This document shows, one piece after another, positions 48,722-57,477 of a stretch of 63,150 bases of DNA (positions within the stretch are counted from its first letter, which is position 1; the number at the start of each line of letters is the position of its first letter). This DNA is from a virus. Taxonomy: Duplodnaviria; Caudoviricetes. The translations under genes were made by a program, and so were the position numbers. The notes under the pieces were generated by a model that ran no database searches, was not told the origin of the DNA, and saw only the letters and a program-made list of their open reading frames with translations. The stretch spans positions 1-63,150 of IMG/VR virus record IMGVR_UViG_3300027872_000005; one strand, written 5' to 3'.

Positions 48722-49840
48722 TCATTTGCCTTCCAACTTTTTGAATTGGGCGTGGTAAGCCTCGACAACCTCTTCCCAATCGGCTTCTGAGAGTTTGTCG
48801 CCGCCAAATTTCCCATTGGCGTAGGGATGCACTTCTACATTCCAATATTTCTCCAACTTTGATTGCACTTTGAAGTCCTTAAACACGCTGATCACGCCGT
48901 CCTTGAACAGATCCGGATCGCTGATCACGCCGTCTGGCTCGTGTGATCCCATCGCCTTCGTCGGTGGCGGCGGTCCTTCCTCGATAGCGGCAGCGTTTCG
49001 AGCGGCTTCCCTGGCCAGCACATCCTCAACTTCGTCCATCACTACCGCAACATCTTCTGGCATTATGTCGGTGCTTTTGCCGTTTTCCGGTACTGGTTCG
49101 TCTCGAACATTGCCAGCGCTCGACCAATCCGGAAACGGCTCATTCGGCTTTCGTTTCAGGGCTTCCGGGATGTCCGGGTAGCCTTCTACCGCCTCTGCTA
49201 CCGAATTAGGTGCGACATTCACCGTCGCAACGAGCTCGCCAGTCACATCGTCGATGACGTCTGCCTTGTAAATTATACCGGGCGCCGGCGCTTCATTCTC
49301 GACCGGCGTTACGTCTGTCATTGGGCGCACATCGATGCCAGCGCGTTCAGCTTCATCAACGTCCATGATGCCGGCAAAACCAAAGGCATAGCGGGCGGCT
49401 TGGATTGCAGATTTGTGGCGTAACATCCGGCGTTTCCATTGTTTCCACGGTTGGGTGTCGCGGTAACACTCGGCCATGTATTCGGTGACGACGATTGGGT
49501 GAGTTCGATCTTTGCGCCATATCCGACAACTGATTGAAACCAGATTGCCGTCCTGGATATTGTCGTCAAATTCGAGACCATCCATCTGCGGGTGGCTGTT
49601 CATCAGGTTCATCCAACCATCGATTGACACGATAGGCTGGATGCCACCGCCTTTTTTTGGAAAAGCGTAGATTTCCCGCGTGATCGGATTCAAGTTGTAT
49701 TCGTTTGCCACAACCAAAAATGCGGCAAATTCCTCACGAGTGCAGTTATCTGGCACCACGGTCTTGCGTAGGGTTTGCTCGAACGGCGCAGGCTCCATTC
49801 CATAACGATTGGCAACGATTGTCGTGACTGATTTGGTCAT
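48722..49840 (-). CDS. bet: Single-strand annealing protein, Red-beta/RecT family
   Basis: LNPITREIYAFP, IVSIDGW, PWKQWKRRMLRHKSAIQAARYAFG. Confidence 0.92.
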   Translation of the reverse strand: MTKSVTTIVANRYGMEPAPFEQTLRKTVVPDNCTREEFAAFLVVANEYNLNPITREIYAFPKKGGGIQPIVSIDGWMNLMNSHPQMDGLEFDDNIQDGNLVSISCRIWRKDRTHPIVVTEYMAECYRDTQPWKQWKRRMLRHKSAIQAARYAFGFAGIMDVDEAERAGIDVRPMTDVTPVENEAPAPGIIYKADVIDDVTGELVATVNVAPNSVAEAVEGYPDIPEALKRKPNEPFPDWSSAGNVRDEPVPENGKSTDIMPEDVAVVMDEVEDVLAREAARNAAAIEEGPPPPTKAMGSHEPDGVISDPDLFKDGVISVFKDFKVQSKLEKYWNVEVHPYANGKFGGDKLSEADWEEVVEAYHAQFKKLEGK

Positions 49841-49852
49841 TGGTTTGCTCCT

Positions 49853-50887
49853 TTAGACCGCGATTTTCACTTCCGAAACGCTGACGCCTGGTAAGCTGCC
49901 GCCAGCCCGCACGACCTTATCGGCGATCTTCTGCGCCAGCTCGCGCATTTCATCGTAGGTCTTGAGTTCCTCGATGAGCGCGTCGTAATCCTCGATCACT
50001 GCGACTTTCTTTTTTCTGTTTGACGTGCGCTTGCCCATCCTGCCGCCGACGCGGGTTTTGCTGGCTTCCTCGATCTCGTCTTTGCTCATTTCCGGGGAAG
50101 CTGCTTGCAGCGCCTTCTTCTTGATGTTCTCAATCGCGTCGATCAGTGTTTGCAAGGGTTTGCGCACACTGTCAGCGGCTTCCTTGGCCATTGTGAGCAT
50201 CGGTAGCCATTTCCCTTGGACATCGCTTTTGCCCTTGTCCCACGGCTCCGCTTCCAGCTTGCGCAAGCTCTCGGCTTTCTTGCGCAAATCGTTCGCCTTG
50301 TCGCGCAGATTGGCGATCCTGTCGGCGTCGTCTTTGGTTTTCAGATCGCCGGCCAAGGCTTCCTCGATAGCGCGGGAAACATCGCCTATCTCATAATGCA
50401 GCCGAACGTGTTCATCCGGCGGCTCGTTGTGGCCGATGCCGGGGGCGTCAGTGTGAAGTCTCACGTCCAAGGTTGAATCGTCCTGTAGGGCGTCTTTGAC
50501 GGCTTCTGGCGTCAGGTCGATGTCGGCGGTCTCGTCTGGCCAGCGCTCGCCGGCCATGACGCTTTCAAACAGTTCATGTTCAATCGGGTGTTCGCAACAG
50601 GAGAGAAACGTTTTCCAATGTGCATCGTCGCCTTTTTTATCAATCGGCTTCAAATTTTTTGAGCCGATCTTGACCTGCATGTTGCCGCTGGAGTTCCGCC
50701 AGATCGAGACCGGCTGCACCGAACCGTCTTTCCTTGCTATTCGATAGAATCCGGGCTGCGGCCCGTCTTTTTCGTGCCATTCTTTGATTTGACCATCCAG
50801 ATTCATCCGCCAGTGGCGGTATTGATCAACGCCGTATTTGTCGTTTGCAGCCAGGTTTCTTTTGTCGTCTGGCATCATTTTTGCCAT
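49853..50887 (-). CDS. Coiled-coil protein next to recombinase
   Basis: PGFYR, GIGHNEPP, C-terminal LPGV. Confidence 0.75.
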   Translation of the reverse strand: MAKMMPDDKRNLAANDKYGVDQYRHWRMNLDGQIKEWHEKDGPQPGFYRIARKDGSVQPVSIWRNSSGNMQVKIGSKNLKPIDKKGDDAHWKTFLSCCEHPIEHELFESVMAGERWPDETADIDLTPEAVKDALQDDSTLDVRLHTDAPGIGHNEPPDEHVRLHYEIGDVSRAIEEALAGDLKTKDDADRIANLRDKANDLRKKAESLRKLEAEPWDKGKSDVQGKWLPMLTMAKEAADSVRKPLQTLIDAIENIKKKALQAASPEMSKDEIEEASKTRVGGRMGKRTSNRKKKVAVIEDYDALIEELKTYDEMRELAQKIADKVVRAGGSLPGVSVSEVKIAV

Positions 50888-50890
50888 CGT

Positions 50891-51256
50891 TCATTCCTTC
50901 GTGTCTTGATTGTCGTTTGCTTGTTCTGTCGATCGTTTTTTCACGCCAGTCTTGAAAATCACTGTTTCCAGCGCTTTGATCTGTACCTCGCTGGTCAACC
51001 GGGTGGTGGCCATTATCACGGCGGACGCATCCTGGCCCTGCATCGCGTTTAAGGCTGTAACGCCGAGCAATTCGCCGAATTGCTGGATCACTATGCCGAT
51101 GATTTTCTGGACCTCCGTGCCACGGTGCAGCTCGGCGATGAACCAATCCTCGTAGGGAAATATAACGGCGAGATTCAGCCGCGCCTCTAGTCCGCGATTC
51201 GTTGGCTCATTCTGAAATCGCTTGGCGTTGATTTTTCTGATATCGGGTTTTGGCAT
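50891..51256 (-). CDS. Hypothetical protein
   Basis: AGGAG RBS. Confidence 0.7.
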   Translation of the reverse strand: MPKPDIRKINAKRFQNEPTNRGLEARLNLAVIFPYEDWFIAELHRGTEVQKIIGIVIQQFGELLGVTALNAMQGQDASAVIMATTRLTSEVQIKALETVIFKTGVKKRSTEQANDNQDTKE

Positions 51257-51273
51257 GGGGATTCTCCTGTGTT

Positions 51274-51302
51274 CTTATTGCATCGGCAACGTTAATTATC
51301 AA
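51274..51302 (-). promoter_or_regulatory. Putative promoter with operator motif in the spacer
   Basis: TTGATA-N17-AATAAG on - strand; spacer contains AACGTTGCCG. Confidence 0.45.
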
Positions 51303-51303
51303 G

Positions 51304-51495
51304 CTATCCGGCTTTTAATTCGATATATAAATTCATCAGAATTTCAATGGTTTTCGACACCGCCCTGGCTGAGTCCATATCCGGGTGCATCCGCATGTGC
51401 GCGATCGAATGGAAGGAAACGCCGAGCGCTGTGGCGGCTTCCGGGTTTGTCCATCCCATTTCCCTTTGTGCGGCCCTGAATTGTTCGTGGGTCAT
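51304..51495 (-). CDS. Small XRE-type HTH protein
   Basis: MTHEQFRAAQREMGWTNPEAATALGVS. Confidence 0.8.
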   Translation of the reverse strand: MTHEQFRAAQREMGWTNPEAATALGVSFHSIAHMRMHPDMDSARAVSKTIEILMNLYIELKAG

Positions 51496-51827
51496 TCCAG
51501 TGCTCCCAGGCTTCGCATGTTGCTCTGTTCCGTCCGCCACAGTTCGAGGTTGATCTCGTGGCGTTTGCGTTCAAAGCGCAGGTTCGCTTCGTAGCCAACC
51601 GCCTTGGCTCGTTCTTCGTGCGCGGCTTTCGTGCTGGCGTGGGTTGTGGCCAGCGCCTTGCGTTCTTCGTTGTTGCCTTCGGAGAGCAGAAACACAGCGG
51701 CCGTGGTTTCCTTCACCAGAAATTCAGTGCGTTCTTTGTGGCCGGTGGCGAGGCCAGACTCTTCGCTGTTGTCTCGCAGCCAGTCTACCGCTTCCTGCAC
51801 CATTTCATCGGTGATCAGTTGCCTCAT
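51492..51827 (-). CDS. Helical protein, possibly UvsY-like
   Basis: ERKALA...LELWRTEQSNMR pattern; function is a weak guess. Confidence 0.55.
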   Translation of the reverse strand: MRQLITDEMVQEAVDWLRDNSEESGLATGHKERTEFLVKETTAAVFLLSEGNNEERKALATTHASTKAAHEERAKAVGYEANLRFERKRHEINLELWRTEQSNMRSLGALE

Positions 51828-52102
51828 TCCTCGCCCTCGCGGTCTCGCTGCTCATCACGAAGGTAATCGCCGCGATCCTGTTCGGCACCTGCTGCTTCTT
51901 CCGATAGTGCCTCTTGGATCGCTTCGTCGTATTCAATATCGATTCTGTTCCAATCAATCTTCTGATGTTCGATGCCGGCATCCTCGAAAAAACCTTCGTT
52001 GATCCCAACATCCGGCTCAGCTCGGCACCATTTGCCTGAGACTGAAACTTCGATCTCTATGGTGATCGTTCCTGTCGTTTTCATGTTTTTGCTTCTTGCC
52101 AT
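51824..52102 (-). CDS. Acidic hypothetical protein
   Basis: Coupled ORF; AEPDVGI motif. Confidence 0.7.
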   Translation of the reverse strand: MARSKNMKTTGTITIEIEVSVSGKWCRAEPDVGINEGFFEDAGIEHQKIDWNRIDIEYDEAIQEALSEEAAGAEQDRGDYLRDEQRDREGEE

Positions 52103-52356
52103 CCTGCCGCGTCCTTGACCGGCGTGGTTTTGTACTCGCCCAGGCTGGCGCGGCGGATCAGTTCACCGGGGTACAGTTTGATCTCGCCGGTCCATTTCTG
52201 TGACCGATTGCTCCATTTCAGGACGCGGACAAATCCAGTCTTGTCGCGCCGGTGAACCAGCGCATATTGGCTCCCTCCCTGAGTGCCATACTGGACAACG
52301 ATGCCGTCGCCACGACGGACTTTCTGGTAGATTTCAAAGCCTGAGATTTTGGTCAT
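52081..52356 (-). CDS. Hypothetical protein
   Basis: AAGGAGC RBS. Confidence 0.7.
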   Translation of the reverse strand: MTKISGFEIYQKVRRGDGIVVQYGTQGGSQYALVHRRDKTGFVRVLKWSNRSQKWTGEIKLYPGELIRRASLGEYKTTPVKDAAGWQEAKT

Positions 52357-52418
52357 TTCTTGCTCCTTGTTGGTTGGGTAAACGCGAACCGCCGCAACGC
52401 GCGACGGCTCTGGTTCAC

Positions 52419-52799
52419 TCAGCCACGGATCTGGATCATGCCACGACGGCTCTGGTAGGCTTCTAAGGCTTCTTGGTCAGTTTCAGGGGGGGCATTTGCT
52501 CCTTTGGTTCCATCGTATGTTCCTAAAATTCCACCGATCATCTGAACAGTAAGAGCATCATCGATCATTGGCTGTAAGTCGAAGTCGGCCAAGGGGTGGT
52601 TGTCCTCGATTACCTCGACCAAAACCATCGTCTCGGTGTTGCCAAGAGGGCCGTGGATGCGGACGCGCTTGTAGATCATGGCATCGTTGCCAAGCTGCCG
52701 ATTAACCTCGATAGCTTCGTCGCCTGTCTCGTGAACACTCCACAAGCCTTGATCGGCTTCCTTGCACCAGTGCATCAAAATGTAGTCAGTGGTTTTCAT
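52419..52799 (-). CDS. Hypothetical protein
   Basis: GGGAGC RBS before MKTTDY. Confidence 0.6.
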   Translation of the reverse strand: MKTTDYILMHWCKEADQGLWSVHETGDEAIEVNRQLGNDAMIYKRVRIHGPLGNTETMVLVEVIEDNHPLADFDLQPMIDDALTVQMIGGILGTYDGTKGANAPPETDQEALEAYQSRRGMIQIRG

Positions 52800-52950
52800 G
52801 TCGTTGCTCCCTGATGGCCTTGACGGCCTTTTGGTATTCGGCCCATTTCTGGTCAAAATCCCGTTTCCAAGAATAGTAGTCCGCGACGAGGATAATCACG
52901 CCGCCGACCACCATGATGATGATGAGGTAGAAGAAAGGGTCGGAGGTCAT
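52786..52950 (-). CDS. 54-aa single-TM protein (absent from ORF track)
   Basis: GGAG RBS; MTSDPFFYLIIIMVVGGVIILVADYY... Confidence 0.65.
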   Translation of the reverse strand: MTSDPFFYLIIIMVVGGVIILVADYYSWKRDFDQKWAEYQKAVKAIREQRHENH

Positions 52951-53156
52951 GGTCTTGTGCTCCGCGCCATATCGACAAGATCGACCTGGCGGCTGTCATC
53001 GCCGAATAAGCCGTCGTCAGCCTGCTTCTGCGCTTTCTTGGGTTTCAGTGGCTCGTCGGCCAGGCGCTGCGCCTGTTGCGCTTCGCTGATCCGCTCAGCA
53101 CCCGGCAGGACACCTTGCGGCCTCCCATCGGCACCTAGTTCAAGTTCTGTGTTCAT
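52947..53156 (-). CDS. Stand-alone paralogue of the 23923-24093 module of the giant virion protein
   Basis: AGGAGC RBS; 40/57 aa identical, ungapped. Confidence 0.85.
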   Translation of the reverse strand: MNTELELGADGRPQGVLPGAERISEAQQAQRLADEPLKPKKAQKQADDGLFGDDSRQVDLVDMARSTRP

Positions 53157-53166
53157 GTGCTTGCTC

Positions 53167-53391
53167 CTAGAATGTGCAACAGCCGCAGCATGGTGCATCT
53201 TCGCACCGCCCGCGCCTGTTCTGGTAGAATGTGCCGCCGCTTGTCTGAACGACTGTGACCGCCGGCGCGTCTTCGTCGGCGCAAGCTAGATGCGCGACTT
53301 GCCAGCCTCGACCTACCCGGCGCAGTGTCCCGGCTTTGGCCGCAACGGGACCATTGCAATGCTCGCAAGTCCCAGCATAACGATTCAACAT
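53167..53391 (-). CDS. Cys-rich metal-binding early protein
   Basis: CEHC...HLAC and GRCEDAPCCGCC; AGGAGC RBS. Confidence 0.75.
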   Translation of the reverse strand: MLNRYAGTCEHCNGPVAAKAGTLRRVGRGWQVAHLACADEDAPAVTVVQTSGGTFYQNRRGRCEDAPCCGCCTF

Positions 53392-53418
53392 GGTTTTGCT
53401 CCTGTTTCAGATGGCTAC

Positions 53419-53488
53419 AACCTATGCCAATATAGCATCATTGTAAACCCGGCAACGTTAATTTATTGTCTGCGCCGAAACGTTGCCG
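53419..53488. promoter_or_regulatory. Divergent promoter pair with inverted operator motifs
   Basis: Rightward TTGTAA-N17-TATTGT (53441-53469); leftward TTTACA-N17-TAGGTT (53447-53419); CGGCAACGTT (53450) and AACGTTGCCG (53479). Confidence 0.7.
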
Positions 53489-53508
53489 AAACGATGGAGA
53501 ATTGATCG

Positions 53509-53742
53509 ATGGGACGCATAAAACGTCATCGCAGCAAAACCGAGATTGATGCATTAGTGGATGCGATTTCGAACCTGGGCGGCGAACTCGCGGCATCAAT
53601 CGCAATCGGAAATATCAGCAAAGCCGCTGTGCAAAAATGGCACATCAGCGGTGTACCGGCGGAACGCTGCGCTGATCTGGAACGGCTCAGCGGCGTACCC
53701 AAGGGGCTGTTAAGGCCGGATTTGTTTGAGCTGCCGGCATGA
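53509..53742 (+). CDS. Cro/YdaS-like HTH regulator
   Basis: ISKAAVQKW...VPAERC...LRPDLF. Confidence 0.85.
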   Translation: MGRIKRHRSKTEIDALVDAISNLGGELAASIAIGNISKAAVQKWHISGVPAERCADLERLSGVPKGLLRPDLFELPA

Positions 53743-53754
53743 GAAGGAGCAAAC

Positions 53755-54909
53755 ATGCGCATATTTCTGGCGAAAATCAGGAAACTCTGGCGTCGGTGGT
53801 TTCCAAAGCGGAAAACCCGTAGGCCGAATTTACCGCGCCAGACGTTTGAGGGTGGTGGCCATTATTATCTGGGCGACCTTCTTGAAACGCTTGATGACTA
53901 CGGCGACGTTGTTCGCTCGCTGAAAAACCATCACCCGGACGCCTACGATTATTACACTCAAGTTGGATGCTCTGTTTTCTCGGAAACCATGGTAGTCGAT
54001 AGGCAGCTACACCCGCGTTGGCGCGATGGATCAAAGCGCCCCGCCATTATGATGTGCCACTGGAAACAGGCTGAGAAATCGCGCTGGTGGGGGGATAAAG
54101 ATGTTGATCAGGACGACACAATTTGGCCAGCGTTTTCGCTGCTTCACAAGATGAGAATGGTGTCGGGGGTACAATTCACGAACGGCGATATGTATGAGTG
54201 CATCCTGTTCTACCGAGAAAAGAAAAGCGACAAAATTATTTGCGGGATGCCGTTCTATATGGCAATCGATGCTGTGGGTGATCTGTCTATTATGCGGGTC
54301 TTGAAACAAGTGCCGTCACTGTTGCCTTCTAAAAAGACGCGATATTTGAAGGGCCAAGTGCAAGGTCTGCGGAAACAAAGTCACTCACTGAATGGCCACA
54401 CAATCCAGCGCTGGGGAATGCCGTGGTATTTGCAGGAAATGTCAAAAGATCACAAACTGAGCCCCAAAAAAATAGCTGAAATCTTGTTCATCACGACTGC
54501 CGCATTCAGTGAAACGTCAGCAAATGGTCTCCTGATCCGGGCCAAAAAGAATGAAATTTGTAGCGCTTTCGCAATCGATCTGCTGAGAACGCCATATTTT
54601 TTCAAGGACCGGATCAAGGTCAAGACGCCAAGTGGCAACACCAAACCGATTTTTCATATTGTCCGGACACATCCACGCAAGGGGTCAAAATTAGTTAAAA
54701 CACATTTTCGCGGGCTACGGCGGTTCAAGTGGCATGATCACGATGTAACGATTTCGATGCCAGGATACCATCACGCGCCCGTTCTGAGCCATTTTGATGC
54801 GACCGCCTATAGGTTTAACGATCCATTGGCCGACCCTGACACAATGGATGATTTGAAAAAAGTCGGTGCAGAGTTCGACAAACACATGGAAAAAGGATGG
54901 AGATCATGA
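53755..54909 (+). CDS. Hypothetical protein with C-terminal HxVRxHxR...HFRG motif
   Basis: 384 aa; AAGGAG RBS. Confidence 0.8.
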   Translation: MRIFLAKIRKLWRRWFPKRKTRRPNLPRQTFEGGGHYYLGDLLETLDDYGDVVRSLKNHHPDAYDYYTQVGCSVFSETMVVDRQLHPRWRDGSKRPAIMMCHWKQAEKSRWWGDKDVDQDDTIWPAFSLLHKMRMVSGVQFTNGDMYECILFYREKKSDKIICGMPFYMAIDAVGDLSIMRVLKQVPSLLPSKKTRYLKGQVQGLRKQSHSLNGHTIQRWGMPWYLQEMSKDHKLSPKKIAEILFITTAAFSETSANGLLIRAKKNEICSAFAIDLLRTPYFFKDRIKVKTPSGNTKPIFHIVRTHPRKGSKLVKTHFRGLRRFKWHDHDVTISMPGYHHAPVLSHFDATAYRFNDPLADPDTMDDLKKVGAEFDKHMEKGWRS

Positions 54910-55106
54910 AAATCATCATTGAGCACGACGGCGTGAAGCGTGAAATCAAGGGTCTGTTTCGAGTGTGTCTCGGGGAGAATGATCTGAAAACCATGATTCA
55001 ATGTCTGTCGCAAAAGCATGAGGAAAAAAAGAGCTATGGTTGGATCGACATTTGCGAAAGACCAATCCCAGGATTAGACCTGCGACCGCTTAGCTGGAAA
55101 AAATGA
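54906..55106 (+). CDS. Hypothetical protein
   Basis: Coupled ORF. Confidence 0.6.
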   Translation: MKIIIEHDGVKREIKGLFRVCLGENDLKTMIQCLSQKHEEKKSYGWIDICERPIPGLDLRPLSWKK

Positions 55107-55510
55107 TCTGCCGCTGGTTCGGCCACTGGTGGCGCAAGGGTAAGCTGATCGCTGACCCAGGCGCTACCCATGTTGGCGAAATGTGGACGTGTCGCATCTG
55201 CGGAAAATTTGAAGAACACCTGTTGCCCGGTATCCGCTATGCTGGCTCAAGCGAATATGTGAACGCCCCGGCCGAGCGCCATCGCCTTCACATGGGCCAA
55301 GCTCAATATGAGTTCACACCACCAGAGCGATCAACGCAGGCCGAGCGCGTTGCAGGCAAATGTCTCAACTGCGGTTGGTCCGGCCAGGTGCTGTTGTCGT
55401 CGTTTCCGCGTTTTTTCGATTATGATAATTGTCGCACCCGCAGTATTTGGTCGGAGACGCCATGTCCATCGTGCAAGGGCCGTCTCACAATTACCGAAGC
55501 GCTTAAATGA
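55103..55510 (+). CDS. Zn-ribbon protein
   Basis: CRWFGH...CRIC, CLNC...CPSC. Confidence 0.65.
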   Translation: MICRWFGHWWRKGKLIADPGATHVGEMWTCRICGKFEEHLLPGIRYAGSSEYVNAPAERHRLHMGQAQYEFTPPERSTQAERVAGKCLNCGWSGQVLLSSFPRFFDYDNCRTRSIWSETPCPSCKGRLTITEALK

Positions 55511-56103
55511 TCCCGTTACCAACAGGACAGTTCGATGTCATTCTCGCCGATCCACCTTGGAAATTCGCCAGCAACAGCCGTGCCAAGCCCGGCCGAAACG
55601 CACGGCGACACTATCCGGTCATGCGGCTGGACGATATCGCCGCGCTCCCCGTCAGGTCTCTGCGGGCCACAGATTGCGCACTGTTCCTGTGGATCACTGG
55701 TCCCATGCTCGTTATTGGGGCGCATATACCTGTGATGCAAGCCTGGGGGTTCAGGCCATCGGCAATCGCCTTCACCTGGGTCAAGCTCAATCCAAAGGCT
55801 CCCGGATTGTTCACCGTTGCCCGCGACTATCACATGGGCGGTGGTTTCACTACCAGAGCAAACGCAGAATACTGTTTACTGGGCGTCAGGGGCCGCTCAC
55901 TGCGCGTTAGCAAGTCGGTGCGAGAGTTGATCGTCGCGCCCCGCCGGCAGCACAGCAGGAAGCCAGACGAGTTCTACGAGCGCGTTCAACAGTACGTTGG
56001 CCGTGGGTATGTTCCCGAACGACGCATAGTCGAACTGTTCGCGCGGCAACAACGCTTAGGTATCGTGCCGTGGGGAGACGAGATGGAGAAATTTGATGGT
56101 TGA
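55507..56103 (+). CDS. MT-A70-family N6-adenine methyltransferase
   Basis: DVILADPPW, LFLW, FTWVK, HSRKP, ELFAR. Confidence 0.92.
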   Translation: MIPLPTGQFDVILADPPWKFASNSRAKPGRNARRHYPVMRLDDIAALPVRSLRATDCALFLWITGPMLVIGAHIPVMQAWGFRPSAIAFTWVKLNPKAPGLFTVARDYHMGGGFTTRANAEYCLLGVRGRSLRVSKSVRELIVAPRRQHSRKPDEFYERVQQYVGRGYVPERRIVELFARQQRLGIVPWGDEMEKFDG

Positions 56104-56332
56104 GCATGATAAAACCAGAGCGCTGGCAAAAGTGGAAAAAGAACTCAAAGAACTGCGGAACGCCGTAAAGTTTTTATTGCGCGAGACATTCAAAGATAAA
56201 CACCACTTCGCTTATGATGGGATGCCTGCCGAAGAACAGACAAAACGCTGGGAGGAAGACCGGGAGCGCGAGGATATACGTGTCGCGGAGTTAAGCCAGC
56301 GCGTATTTGATGGGGAGGCTTTCTTTCCATGA
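56096..56332 (+). CDS. Hypothetical protein
   Basis: GGAG RBS; overlaps upstream gene. Confidence 0.6.
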   Translation: MVEHDKTRALAKVEKELKELRNAVKFLLRETFKDKHHFAYDGMPAEEQTKRWEEDREREDIRVAELSQRVFDGEAFFP

Positions 56333-56427
56333 CGATGGTTGAAATGCACACCCACTGGGTGGATCTCATACAATCCGGAGTAATCGCCATGTTGGCCGTT
56401 CAGCGACTGAGAGTGAGTGGAAAATGA
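56329..56427 (+). CDS. 32-aa peptide (absent from ORF track)
   Basis: GGAGG RBS; ATGA overlaps on both sides. Confidence 0.45.
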   Translation: MTMVEMHTHWVDLIQSGVIAMLAVQRLRVSGK

Positions 56428-56750
56428 GTTGGCGCGGCCATATTTCAATCGTCGATTATCAGCACTCCTACAAATGCGAAATCTGGAATGAGAGTGGAGG
56501 TTTCAGCAGGGTCATCACTGGCATGGAAATGACGACGTTCGAACCCATGCGGGGTGAGGTTCCACCGAAAGCGCTACATATCTCCATCGAGGATCGCGGC
56601 ATATTGCAGGCAATAGTCGATGCCTGCTTTGTCATAGGCATCACACCGGCGGCCGTCACCGTCGATCCTGCCGAAATAGGTGCCACCACACGTCACCTCG
56701 AAGACATGCGCTCTATCGCCTTCCATAAGATTGGAGCCACCAAACCATGA
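56424..56750 (+). CDS. Hypothetical protein
   Basis: C-terminal ATTRHLEDMR motif; coupled ORF. Confidence 0.7.
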   Translation: MSWRGHISIVDYQHSYKCEIWNESGGFSRVITGMEMTTFEPMRGEVPPKALHISIEDRGILQAIVDACFVIGITPAAVTVDPAEIGATTRHLEDMRSIAFHKIGATKP

Positions 56751-56938
56751 CCTTGCCGGAATATGAGCGCGGCTATGCTGATGCGATGCGCAATGCCGTC
56801 ACTTGGCTGGCTACACGTGCGGACAGCATGAATGATAACCATGCCAAGCTGGTGTTGCATTCGGCCGCAACTAATCTGGGATGGCACGAACAGCGGATGA
56901 AAGTGCAACGCCGAGCCTCAAAAATGAGTGGAAAATGA
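56747..56938 (+). CDS. Hypothetical protein
   Basis: YERGYADA motif; GGAG RBS. Confidence 0.65.
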   Translation: MTLPEYERGYADAMRNAVTWLATRADSMNDNHAKLVLHSAATNLGWHEQRMKVQRRASKMSGK

Positions 56939-56969
56939 GTAGATGCCACCTGATTTGGACGTGTAAATG

Positions 56970-57126
56970 GGCAACGTATTTTCTCAACTCGCGGCATTCC
57001 CGGCAACGTAATGGTGGGAGCAAAGGGTTGCCGGTTAGCCAGACTACCAGTGAAACTCTCAAACCCCCAGCAAGGTATTTTATTTTAACCAGCTAATTAA
57101 CCGGCAACGTATTTTATTTTAACCAG
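56970..57126. repeat. Cluster of GGCAACGTA motifs and a 25-bp direct repeat
   Basis: Motifs at 56970, 57002, 57103; CAGCAAGGTATTTTATTTTAACCAG (57068) vs CGGCAACGTATTTTATTTTAACCAG (57102). Confidence 0.8.
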
Positions 57127-57136
57127 GAGCAAGATT

Positions 57137-57400
57137 ATGACTGAACCGAAGGTAATTCTAGCGACGGTCAGGGAGGTCAGGAGTCTGACAATCCTTTCCG
57201 ATGAAAGGTGTTGGGACATCGAGTGCCGGTTCGATAACGGCGAGAAGTTCGCCGCGGTGCAGGTCGATTATAGGTTTGAGACGCTGGCGCATTTCATCGC
57301 GGACAGGCTGAACGATAAAGCGAGGATTGACGCGGCATTAGCGGAGATCAGGAGCGGCAAGGCTGATCCGTGCTTAGATGAAGAGGGAAACCCATATTGA
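57137..57400 (+). CDS. Hypothetical protein
   Basis: AGGAGC RBS. Confidence 0.7.
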   Translation: MTEPKVILATVREVRSLTILSDERCWDIECRFDNGEKFAAVQVDYRFETLAHFIADRLNDKARIDAALAEIRSGKADPCLDEEGNPY

Positions 57401-57477
57401 GCGGGTTTTGCCCGAAATACAGTTATCCCCCCCCCTTAACCGTATTTTCGACCCACAGAGAGCGCCGTCAGCGTCGA

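Noticed and set aside
48887-48935. 16-bp direct repeat in bet (DGVIS twice)
   Set aside because: Short in-frame duplication in a variable C-terminal linker; no evidence of a separate function
57427-57435. C9 homopolymer as a phase-variation tract
   Set aside because: Not within a supported gene or a defined promoter spacer
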